In this document: positions 50,601 to 60,335 of the stretch, one piece after another
Position numbering within the stretch: the stretch's first letter is position 1
Layout of the letters: each line of letters begins with the position of its first letter
Assembly (NCBI GenBank): GCA_024704765.1
Contig: JAKMXF010000311.1
Location: forward strand, 186,001 to 250,000
Length of the DNA stretch: 64,000 bases
From: Oopsacas minuta
Taxonomy: Eukaryota; Animalia; Porifera
Direction: 5' to 3'
Notes under the pieces: generated by a model
Seen by the model: the letters and a program-made list of their open reading frames with translations, nothing else
Told to the model about the DNA's origin: nothing
Databases searched by the model: none
Position numbers and translations under genes: made by a program

Positions 50601-53165
50601 GCTATTTGCAGTATTCAAAAGCCTCATTGTTATATCTCTCTGCTGCAAAACATTATACTGCTTAGTAAACCGATTCACAAGCGTATGATAGGTAGAAGAG
50701 AGATCATGGAATTCTTCGTATACCTCATCAGAAAAATGATATCCAGCATCAAAACCAGACTCCCCAATTGCAGCGAGTCTATTAGAATGTTCGTGTTCTA
50801 TTTCAGTGTAAATTTCGTCAGTAACCGAGAGAAGATATTCATTCAACTCATCAAGTACGTATTCATCCAAATCATCTTCATCCGAAATACCCTCACGGAA
50901 ATCGTTTAGAATCTCAATTCTTGTTCTATTCCCCCCTACCACTTCTACGTATATAGTTACGTAGACAAATCCTATAGCGTTGTGGGCATAGCAATAGTAA
51001 GGAGTGGTTTTAGTTATCTTATTTAGTGCTTGTAATCCAAGGAATAGAATGCTCTCATTTGAAACAGGCTGAAAATTAGAATCTAGCCAATAATATTCAA
51101 CATCTTCACTCTCTGCATTGCAATTAATAATTCTGTAAGATGATACAGAAATATTTGCAATAATTATCGACATATCGATTGGATTGGTGATAGAAGGAAT
51201 ATTATCTAGAGAATTGATATCCTTCATTACTTAGAGTATGATATACGATACTACTGAAAGTCTAAGGAGTGTACAACATTTTATAGTATTAAGGGGCTAT
51301 TGAAACGCTTCAAGGGGAGGGGTGGTATACGAAGTGTAGCACCCAATTTTTTGTATACAAAACAGCGAAAAGGCGTGACACAGGGAGGGCAGGGGTTAAG
51401 ATTCAGAGAATTATCGTTTGAACGGCACGTATATATCATTCTAACTTAATCTCAAAAGAGTCATATTATACGTGTTATGTTCAAGTTAAACAACATACAT
51501 GTTTCGAACATTTCAAAAACAACAAATGAATATACAGGTACCCGGCTTCGGCTACACATATACATAACATTCTCAGGTACGCGAAAGGCCTATGCAGCAT
51601 GTATTTCGTATTTTACACGAATTTTCCTTGCAAATACGCGAACTTGGTTAGAGGAATTCTTTCCAATATAAAATGGACTCTATGGGACTCGTAAAATGGA
51701 CTCATCGTTAATTAGCAATTCACTTTTGCAAAATGGCGAATTGCTAATAGACAAACACCACTGTAGTTCACATTTTAAAAGTCAATCAAAACAAATGAAC
51801 ATTGGAAGTTTGCTGTACACGAATAACATCTACACACTATACTAATAGATTTGGCATAATCACGTGGCCATTATGATATTTATGGGAAATATTTACATAC
51901 TTACCATTGTTGTCCTCAGGTTCAGTGCATATATTAGTGTCGCATTCTATGTTACAGTAGTAACCGACAAAACCAGGGGAACATATCAACTGGTAATATA
52001 TAGTAGTATTGATTGATTGTTGTATAGTCGTGCCCTGAATTACTCCAGATTTTGTATTCTCAGATGATTGTATATTACTACGAAAGTATCCACTAGCATA
52101 GAGTTGTTTTCCAGATGAAGTATTGTAGGTTTCAATCTTGGAAAATAATTCAAATTTTCCCTAAACAAATACCTAAGTTAAAAAGGCAGCATATAGTTAT
52201 ATTTATTGAAATTGGACATCTACGTATTCGATGATAAATTGAATAAGAATGAAATAAAATTTACAATCTGTGCCGACAGCAAAGTATATTAATCGAATTT
52301 TACTAAAATGCATCTATAAATTTGACGCACTGTGTGTTGAGGTGAAATTCAATTAATATACTATGCTGTCGGCACAGATTACAATTTTACATTTTTGTCC
52401 TCTATGAATGTCATAACAAACAAACAATTTCAACAATCTAACCTCAATTATTGATCATTAAATTCACATCCCTATTACATACTTACATCAAAATCATTGT
52501 CTGTTTCAACTTCATCGGATCCCCCATCAGTAGTGTCCAATAACAAGCCATACGTGTCATCATCATTCTTGTACGCATAAGCACTCACACTCAATTCAAT
52601 ATTCGGTGAAACACAATTAAATGATTCTAGTGAATTTCCGAATCTTATACAAAATGTAGCTTGAATTCGGCAGTAAAATGCATTGCTGTTGCAGTAAGAA
52701 TCAAGATCATTGCTTTCTAGCACTAACGAGTTGAAATCGAATCTCAACACTCCACCACCGATAACTTGATCCTACAAACATGATCACATTGAGAATGGTT
52801 ATATTTGTTATTAAGAATTAAAGGATATTAACTTAAAATTCACTGGCAAACTACAGTCAACCCCCATTATATCTAACACTTATATATCCAAATACCCGCT
52901 TATATCTGAGTAGTTATCGCCGTTCCTTGAGCTTCGAAATTGCAGAAGTTAACGCCTTGAAGGTATTAGATAGAATTTAATGCATAATTTAGAAATCAAC
53001 AAAGTTTCGGAAGCTCAAACATAACGTAACTCAATCCCCCTCCTATTTTCGCACTATAATCATTGGTATCTACTTGAAGTGGTAATTACTTAACATTTGA
53101 GCAACGTCTTGCCTCACCATAGATCCTAAGAAAAACAAACAAATATACCAGAAGAGAACATTCAT
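47697..53165 (-). CDS. Adhesion GPCR C: signal peptide, Notch-ligand-like C2/MNNL domain plus partial DSL, Ig, GAIN/GPS, 7TM. 8 exons, about 988 aa: 53165-53118, 52771-52487, 52160-51905, 51205-50538, 50466-50035, 49655-49145, 48819-48247, 47890-47697
   Basis: Signal exon MNVLFWYICLFFLGSM with a gtgagg donor, Ig (C...YYW...YYCYAHNAIG), GPS CVFL...EW...C..KHLTSFAVLV and a 7TM paralogous to A and B. All phases are consistent. The MNNL/DSL assignment rests on a manual motif and Cys-spacing comparison. Confidence 0.82.
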
Positions 53166-53746
53166 TTTGAAAAGTAGTCTACTACCAACTGAGTTGATCT
53201 AGGATATATACTGGGCAATCCAAACCAAATCAGTTGTTCACGTTGCGTCATAGCCGATAGCTATTCAAATATCCACACTAACAACCACCTGGAAAATCAC
53301 ATTTGGTCTCTATACAGACATTCCAAGAGGTTGGACACAAGCACGGATTAATGTTATGGAGAATATATGTGGTCAATTCTATGAATTATGACCTCTCTTG
53401 CCATACTTTTGAATAATTATCTTTAGCATAATAATTAGAAAGTCTGTTTTACAAGTAATTGTTAAGAATTATATAGTTTAGGAGCATATTTGTCACGATA
53501 CAGTCATTTAAACTTTTTTCGTTTCAATGTGAAAATGGATGACTTTAGATTATAACATTATGACAATGAATTTGTCCAAAAGAAATTAGTTCTTGTTTAG
53601 ATTCGATAAAAACAGGTATTTCGAAAATCGAATTTTGAAATACCGATAAAGTTGAGACTGAATATGTAGTGTTTTAATTTGTAAACAAGTACATTTATGG
53701 TATTCATAAGGTTAAAATAAAGTGATATATGGCTAATCCAGAAATT

Positions 53747-56504
53747 CTATAGAGATGTTCCTCTAATCGAAGCTACTGTCTTTATCTTGTTGCGCTCAGT
53801 TCCTGTTTTCGTAAACGTATAGTTTTGTTTCAAACTTTGTTCATCGAAAAAAACTCCAGAAATTGAACCAAGAATTCCATTATTTTCAAGGTTTGATAAT
53901 TGAAATTGTTTGTTTGTTGTAACTTTAGCATAGTTCCCAGTTTTTACATTATTATTCCGTATCCCTGATACTCGAAGCGAGATTGGAGAAAGTGGAGTTG
54001 AATTTTTTTGATGAATATCTCTCTTTGTTGTCAAGGGACTAGAAATTCTGAGTTGATTTGGGTCCGGACGTACGTCATGTATGGTTTGTGGCCTGTTTAC
54101 ATCCAAAATCTTTGGAATTTGACCGAATTTCCTTTCTTTTGTGCTATTTAGGTCAGCACTCGAAACTCTCGATGAAAAACTAACTTTTGTTGTTCGTTGT
54201 TTCATGGGAGAAGATGGTTGATATGTTTCGTCAGTGTCAATTGGAGGTAATTGTTTGGAAGGTTTTGACCAAGGAATGGGTGATCTCGTTTGACTTCCTG
54301 GTGTTGAAAATCTGTCAAGTACTATCTTGTGTCCAATGAGCACTATTAATGCAAATGATCTTTTTTTTTTACATCCTAAAGATGCAATTACAACCCAAAA
54401 CATATGATGACACAATGGAACCTGCATATTCCGACACCTGTATAATTAGAAGACCTCTATAATCCAACAGATTCCATGTCTTAAAGGGTGTCGAGTTACA
54501 CAGGTTCTACTGTAAATCAAAATAATGATAAAAGTTGTCAAAACTTTACGAAATATACTAATAATTGTACGAAGAGCACTTTTGGAGGATAAGATGCATT
54601 CGTGAAGCGTGCATGTTACTATGATGCTGTCAAATACCCAATTTCTGCACTTACAAGGCAAATTTCACAAATAATAAATCGCAAAATTAAAATAATATAG
54701 TGCTATTTCACGATTCATACGTTTTACAACTCACCACTCTCTAATTGTCCAGTTGGACCAGTATAGTTAGTTTCAGGACCTAGGATACCAGTTGTGTTAT
54801 TGGAATTTTTATTATTATCTTGCAATGGTTTGAGTTGTCCCTTTCTTCCCTGTGTTCTAGGCCTATGCTGTGCTAATGTGCCCGTAGAAGCATCACTGTT
54901 ACGTTGAAATGGTTTGGCTTGTTGATATTGGAAAGGTTTTACTGTGTTATAGCCTGTTCCAGCTGTTGTGGGCGGTGATAGGATATATTGGAGGTCTAAA
55001 CGGGGATCAGGGGGCAATTCTGGTACCGGGTTTGTTGTAACAGAGCCTCGAGATTGCAATGGAAATGGCCTAATTGGAATTGCATTACGTAATGTATTGT
55101 AATCTGAATGTTTGAGAAGAGATGAAGCTGTGTTGAATGGATTCGGTTTTTGTAATTGTAAATTATTAAGAGGAATTGGTAAAATACTATTCGTGTATAA
55201 TTGACTGTTTTCTTGAAAAACAGGCTGTAATGATGGAAATGCATTGTAAAGAGCTGGTAACTGTGGTCTTATGCCAGAACTTGTTCGTGAACTCTGTATG
55301 GAAGCTATTAATTGTGAATGGCGGTTTGTTCGACAGAATTCTATCAGTGGTTCCATCAATGGCGCTAAATCTTCCCACAATTGTTCAAATACAGTTTCTA
55401 ATATAGCTTCCTTGATGCATGAGTTTGGGCTAACCGGTGGAAGTTTGCTGCGCTTTTTCACAGGTTTCGAATTCTTATCATCTGGAGATCTCGGTGAAGA
55501 GTCAAACGCGAAATATTCCTCATACACGCCCACTTGGTGTAAAATCTCCTCACTCAATGGTGAAACATAGCAATTTACACATGAACCTATTAATTGCAAC
55601 ATATTTATTTCTGGATAGATTGTTGAAGTTTCATATGGCGTAGCTCTATCTGTTTCTATTAATTGGATAAAATCCTCTGTAGATGGTAAAATTTGATGGC
55701 CAACTACTCGCAAATGTGGAAAATACTTTCGCCAAACTTTGCATTCTGTAATTAAATTTTCTTGTATAAGATTAGCATTTAAATCTGAATTTTGGTATAA
55801 ATGGCATTGAATATTTTCGTATAATTGCAATACTTTTTTGGTTGCGTTTTGTTCAAATTCACTTTCTACGCCTCCCCAGCTGAATGCGAAACTACTATCA
55901 CCAGAAATGGTTGTATCTAAGTTCGAAGATCCCCAGTCTCTTTCATGGCCTTGTAAACGTCCGTGAAGGAAATCACTGAATATCGAAAGGCCTGTCGCTT
56001 CTGGAATGGAGGAAGTATAATGTTCTACAAAAGTAGAAAATGTGGCTAGATTCGGGACTTTTGGACAAAATAGTCATTGAAACATATACTTACCAACCCT
56101 TATGATAATTTCCCGGGATTTTCGAAATATCCATGGATTTCCATGTTTAACATCCATAAATAGCAATTTTAGGCTATGATTTGGATAATAAGGCACATAA
56201 ATTTCAAATATTTCGCTAGAATCTCAAAATCTTCCCTGAATTTCATGTAAAGTCTCAGGATAACCCAGGGATTCCGGCTGGATTGGTAAATATGGAAACA
56301 TGTTCCAATGACTAGAATTTTAGCGGAAATACTTTCAAGGAAAGTAAGACCCATAAAATTACCTGTATCCGTAAATGACACATCTTCATCAAAAGGAGTG
56401 ATTGAATTTGTTTTGTATGATCCACTTTCCTGTAAATCTGGGTGTGGAATTGTTAAGTTGACCGGAAGTTTAACAGCATTCGGATTCGATCGCGTTGCAG
56501 GCAT
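53747..56504 (-). CDS. FAM149 family (DUF3719) protein; exons 56504-56363, 56024-54735, and about 54375 or 54321 to 53747 (last acceptor ambiguous)
   Basis: FSWGGVESEFEQNATKKVLQLYENIQCHLY...ECKVWRKYFPHLRVVG matches the FAM149/DUF3719 motif (W...FPHLR.lG). Phase-1 introns keep the frame. Confidence 0.8.
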
Positions 56505-56675
56505 CTCGCTTCATCAATACTATCAAAGATATTTATAATGTAATTTGATCGGAAAATATAATACAGAAAACACATATATTGAATTTCCCGTAATCGATCT
56601 TTTAATTTATATAAAACCTTTGGATTCAATTTCAATATTTGAATTCTTCTCTGGACATTAAAAATATACCAAAAA
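56505..56675. promoter_or_regulatory. Putative bidirectional promoter between FAM149 (-) and the SLC15-like gene (+)
   Basis: The divergent start codons are only 171 bp apart. Inferred from geometry; no motif identified. Confidence 0.4.
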
Positions 56676-58346
56676 ATGTGTAGCAAATTCAAGATATTCA
56701 TCATTAAACTGCCAACACCGCCAGGTTTCGCGATTTTTCCAGGAGTAAAAGTCATTTTCCTATTAGTATTCTTAGTCCATGTACATTTCTACGGACTATA
56801 TTTTCTGCTTGGCAACATAACAGGGTTGTTAGTTAAAAACGTTAATGATTGCACAGTCAATAGATTGAGTGATTACACACTACCATCTCTTCTATACGGC
56901 TTAACATGGACATTTGCTCCTATCCCTGGCTATATAGCAGATTGCTATTGGGGAAGACAGAAGGTAATTTCAGGCTGTTTTCTATTCTCATTTATTGGAA
57001 CAATTATGTTACTAATTCTCGAATCAGCAAGGATGAATTTTACACACGGTTACTGTGGTATTGTAGTTCCAATATACTCTGTTTCTTATGTCTTATTGGC
57101 CTTAGGATCGAGTGGGCTATTAGCTATAATGATACCTTATGGTGTGGATCAATTGCAAGGAGCTGGTGAAATTACTTTAAGTAATTATTTCTATTGGTAT
57201 GTTTGGTGTACCTTTGCTGCTAAAATGACCATATATGGTCAATATATTAACTACGATAGAACTGCGAGTGGTGTGGCAGAAAGGCTTTCGATTTTAGGCA
57301 ATGGATATATCGCAATTTTAGCACTTTTCATCGCAATATTTGTATTCAAATTCTCACAAATATTAAATATTCTCGTTCCAGTTGTACCAATTTTAAATCC
57401 ATTAAAATTAATCTACCAAGTTGTAGTCAACGCTTACAAAACAAGGAAAGATTCAGATCCTGCATTGAAAATGTATTCCAAACGGCAATGGATTGATTAT
57501 GCTACAATTGACTTCGGTGGAAGATTCTCATATGAACATGTGAATAGCGTAAAAACGCTTATAAACATGCTACCTATAATGTTTTGCCTTGTATGGATAT
57601 ACTCTATTACAAATGAATTCCCTTACGATCTCTTCATTGCACAAGGTGCGCAGATGATTACAACAAATTCATCAGTTTCTGACACTCAGATTATTAGCTA
57701 CGTCACGACAGGACTAACTATACTAGTTATGATACCAATCATAGAGATTCCATGGGTTGGTATTAAGATTAGGAAAATTCTACCTACAATTCTATCAAGA
57801 TTATTCTTTGGAACTTTGGTGCTTACGATTGCCTACATTTTCGCATGCACAATTGAATTAACCAGGCTAGTTAACTGTGATTCCAATGGCATCAGGTATA
57901 TACCAATTGAAGTGCAAATCCCTCAGTATATTCTTATTGGCATCGGTTCTGTATTTATACTGGCAAATTCTTTTGAATTTGTGTATGCACAGACTCCGCT
58001 TATGATGAAAGGGATTGTGTTTGGGGTTCTAAGTTCAATGTATGGTATAGGATCTCTGTTACCAAGTTTGATTTACGAAATTCTAACACAATTTGGTAAA
58101 GGAAAGGAGATTCAATGCAAAGACACAATCATAGCAATTTATCAAACTGAGATGCTTGATCAATGTGTTGGCAAATGCACGAAGAGTTACGTTACTTTTT
58201 GCTTAATTATTTTCTTATCCATGGTCCATTCAGTTATATTTTGTATTGTTATACGAAGATACAAGCATTGGAATAGAAATCGTGTTGAAGGTGATGTACG
58301 ATATTTCAGCCCAATTACAAGACTCATTCCAAATGTAATTAACTAA
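56676..58346 (+). CDS. Proton-dependent oligopeptide transporter family (POT/PTR2, SLC15-like) MFS protein, intronless, 556 aa
   Basis: PTR2 signature GYIADCYWGRQKVI, ALGSSG...YGVDQL, YFYWY, WIDYA...GGRF..E.V..VKTL, Q.PQY.LIG and EFVYAQTP..MKG, with about 12 hydrophobic segments. The start codon is uncertain. Confidence 0.9.
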   Translation: MCSKFKIFIIKLPTPPGFAIFPGVKVIFLLVFLVHVHFYGLYFLLGNITGLLVKNVNDCTVNRLSDYTLPSLLYGLTWTFAPIPGYIADCYWGRQKVISGCFLFSFIGTIMLLILESARMNFTHGYCGIVVPIYSVSYVLLALGSSGLLAIMIPYGVDQLQGAGEITLSNYFYWYVWCTFAAKMTIYGQYINYDRTASGVAERLSILGNGYIAILALFIAIFVFKFSQILNILVPVVPILNPLKLIYQVVVNAYKTRKDSDPALKMYSKRQWIDYATIDFGGRFSYEHVNSVKTLINMLPIMFCLVWIYSITNEFPYDLFIAQGAQMITTNSSVSDTQIISYVTTGLTILVMIPIIEIPWVGIKIRKILPTILSRLFFGTLVLTIAYIFACTIELTRLVNCDSNGIRYIPIEVQIPQYILIGIGSVFILANSFEFVYAQTPLMMKGIVFGVLSSMYGIGSLLPSLIYEILTQFGKGKEIQCKDTIIAIYQTEMLDQCVGKCTKSYVTFCLIIFLSMVHSVIFCIVIRRYKHWNRNRVEGDVRYFSPITRLIPNVIN

Positions 58347-58400
58347 AATTAGGTTCTAGTTTCTAAATGATATCTGTTAGAAATGCGAAAATAAATCAAA

Positions 58401-58718
58401 TTATTTATCTATATTATTTTCCCATTCTCTAAGATCTGTTATGCCCTTATTGAACAATTCTGGTCCGTAAGATGAATCTGTAAGGAATTTTAGGTGTTCC
58501 GTTGGTAGGCTAGCGATATTCCTTAGAATTTTGTCGAAAAGTTGTCCATATTTTATAAGTTCTTTTATCTTTATGGGATCCGTTATCGGTTTGTAGAACT
58601 CAATCGCATCACGGATGTTGAAGCATATTTTTCGGCGAATCTTTTCCATCGGATATGTTTGAGATCTACGTAGTATAGTGCGGTAGATATTCAAAACTTC
58701 TCGACGTGTTGTGTTCAT
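58401..58718 (-). CDS. LYR-motif (Complex1_LYR-like) small protein, about 105 aa
   Basis: MNTTRREVLNIYRTILRRSQTYP...FNIRDAIEFYK.ITDP.KI.ELI is a typical LYR(M) layout. The upstream part of the tracked ORF (58946-58719) overlaps a MITE and is not credible. Confidence 0.75.
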   Translation of the reverse strand: MNTTRREVLNIYRTILRRSQTYPMEKIRRKICFNIRDAIEFYKPITDPIKIKELIKYGQLFDKILRNIASLPTEHLKFLTDSSYGPELFNKGITDLREWENNIDK

Positions 58719-59297
58719 AGGAATGTCTATGATAATTAAAATAAATAGAAATATCATGGAATGGTTTTGATATTTTGACCTATTTGATAAATATTTCGTG
58801 AAGTTTTCAAGTACTTTATGTTCAAATAGCTTTTCTAAGCGGGGAATACAGTTAACTCCTGTAATATCGAAGTAATCGAACACGAATATATTGAAATAAA
58901 ATTTGTACAAACATGCTCCCAAACCGTCAAAGTAACATACTTTCATTGGTCATATCGAAGGAAATATCGCGGTCCCTTGAGCTTAGATATAACGAGAGTT
59001 GACTGTTTGTCTAATGAAAAATAGCTAAAATTCAGCACAGATAAAATGTATAGTAACAATGTGATATGTAATGTTTAGATATTTTCAACAAATTTGAACA
59101 ATTACTTCAGAAAAATTAAACTTTTAGGATTATACCAGATGTTGACTTAAGATGGCGAAATCAAAAAATATTTCTTGCAAGGCAAAGATAACAAATTGGA
59201 ATTTGTTTCTTGAAACTTCATTGTTTTCATCTAAAAATGACGAATAAAATGGAAAATATATTTTTATCTAAATAAGGTGTTCAAAATAATAAGTAAT

Positions 59298-60335
59298 TTA
59301 TTGAAGATCTTTTTCATTATCTACTAAGCTGTATATAAGTATTTCATTGTGATCATAGGCTGTCAAAGCAAAATCAATACCATCTTCATCTAAAAACTGA
59401 CAACCTGTCAACATACAGCTCTGAACAGCTTGATAATGTAAACATTCCATAACACCACTATTATCTCTAGGGAGTTGCCATACAGAAACACATGTGTCTT
59501 CTGATACAGCAATTAACCATCGTTTTTTATGACAGACATCAATAGAATTTATCCAACGAGCATGTGCATTGATTTCAAATTTCAATTCGAGACTTGTTTT
59601 GCCCCAAATTTCTATTTTTCCTGAACCAAATGAAGCAATAATAAAGTCACCACACATGGCCACTCCTGTACAAGGACTGTCACTGGTTTTAACAACAATA
59701 TTAGGTGTTTGATCTGACATTCCTTCAATCCCTTTCAGTTTCCAAACACAAACCATGCCTGTATCATCACCAGACACTAAACAACCTGTCGCATCAGTGC
59801 ATAAACTCGCTATAGGCTCAGAATGCCCTGTGAGAGTTGCAAAACGTTCAAAAGATATTTCAGCTCTTCCATCAATATATTTTTCCTGAATTTGATAGAC
59901 AATCATTTCACCATTTCCCCATCCAATACAAAGAAAATTCTCATAAACTGCAATACCCTTCGCATAGGTAGATTCGTGCTTATCAGCTACATACACAGTA
60001 GGATGGACTGACAATAAATTCGAACCAGATTCATCATAGATCAAAACAATATGATAGCAACATAATACCAGGCAAACAGATGAACCAATTATACACCATT
60101 TAGCTTGTAGAATAAATGGGTTGGGTTGTATAGTACGGAAATCTAAGACATGTGGGAAACTCTCTGGGTTATACACAATCTGTATTGAAGGTTGTGCATG
60201 CTGGTGTAAATTCAGTGTATTTTTATGGATAGTACCATATTTAATACTGGAATTGTCCATGGAGGATATAGATAGGTTATTGAGTAAATATGAAGGAGAG
60301 AGTTTCAATGGTATTACTGTCTTTTGAGTATACAT
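59298..60335 (-). CDS. WDR54: WD40-repeat protein WDR54-like, intronless, about 345 aa
   Basis: N-terminal IPL..S.S.L.NNLS, AKGIA, GH..PI..L, DD.G.VCVW, INAHAR.I, EDT.V.VW.L and C-terminal FA.T.YD..EI match WDR54. Confidence 0.85.
   Translation of the reverse strand: MYTQKTVIPLKLSPSYLLNNLSISSMDNSSIKYGTIHKNTLNLHQHAQPSIQIVYNPESFPHVLDFRTIQPNPFILQAKWCIIGSSVCLVLCCYHIVLIYDESGSNLLSVHPTVYVADKHESTYAKGIAVYENFLCIGWGNGEMIVYQIQEKYIDGRAEISFERFATLTGHSEPIASLCTDATGCLVSGDDTGMVCVWKLKGIEGMSDQTPNIVVKTSDSPCTGVAMCGDFIIASFGSGKIEIWGKTSLELKFEINAHARWINSIDVCHKKRWLIAVSEDTCVSVWQLPRDNSGVMECLHYQAVQSCMLTGCQFLDEDGIDFALTAYDHNEILIYSLVDNEKDLQ

Noticed and set aside
58719-58946. N-terminal extension of the LYR protein in the ORF track
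   Set aside because: Overlaps a MITE and AT-rich spacer; the LYR motif begins right after ATG 58718.
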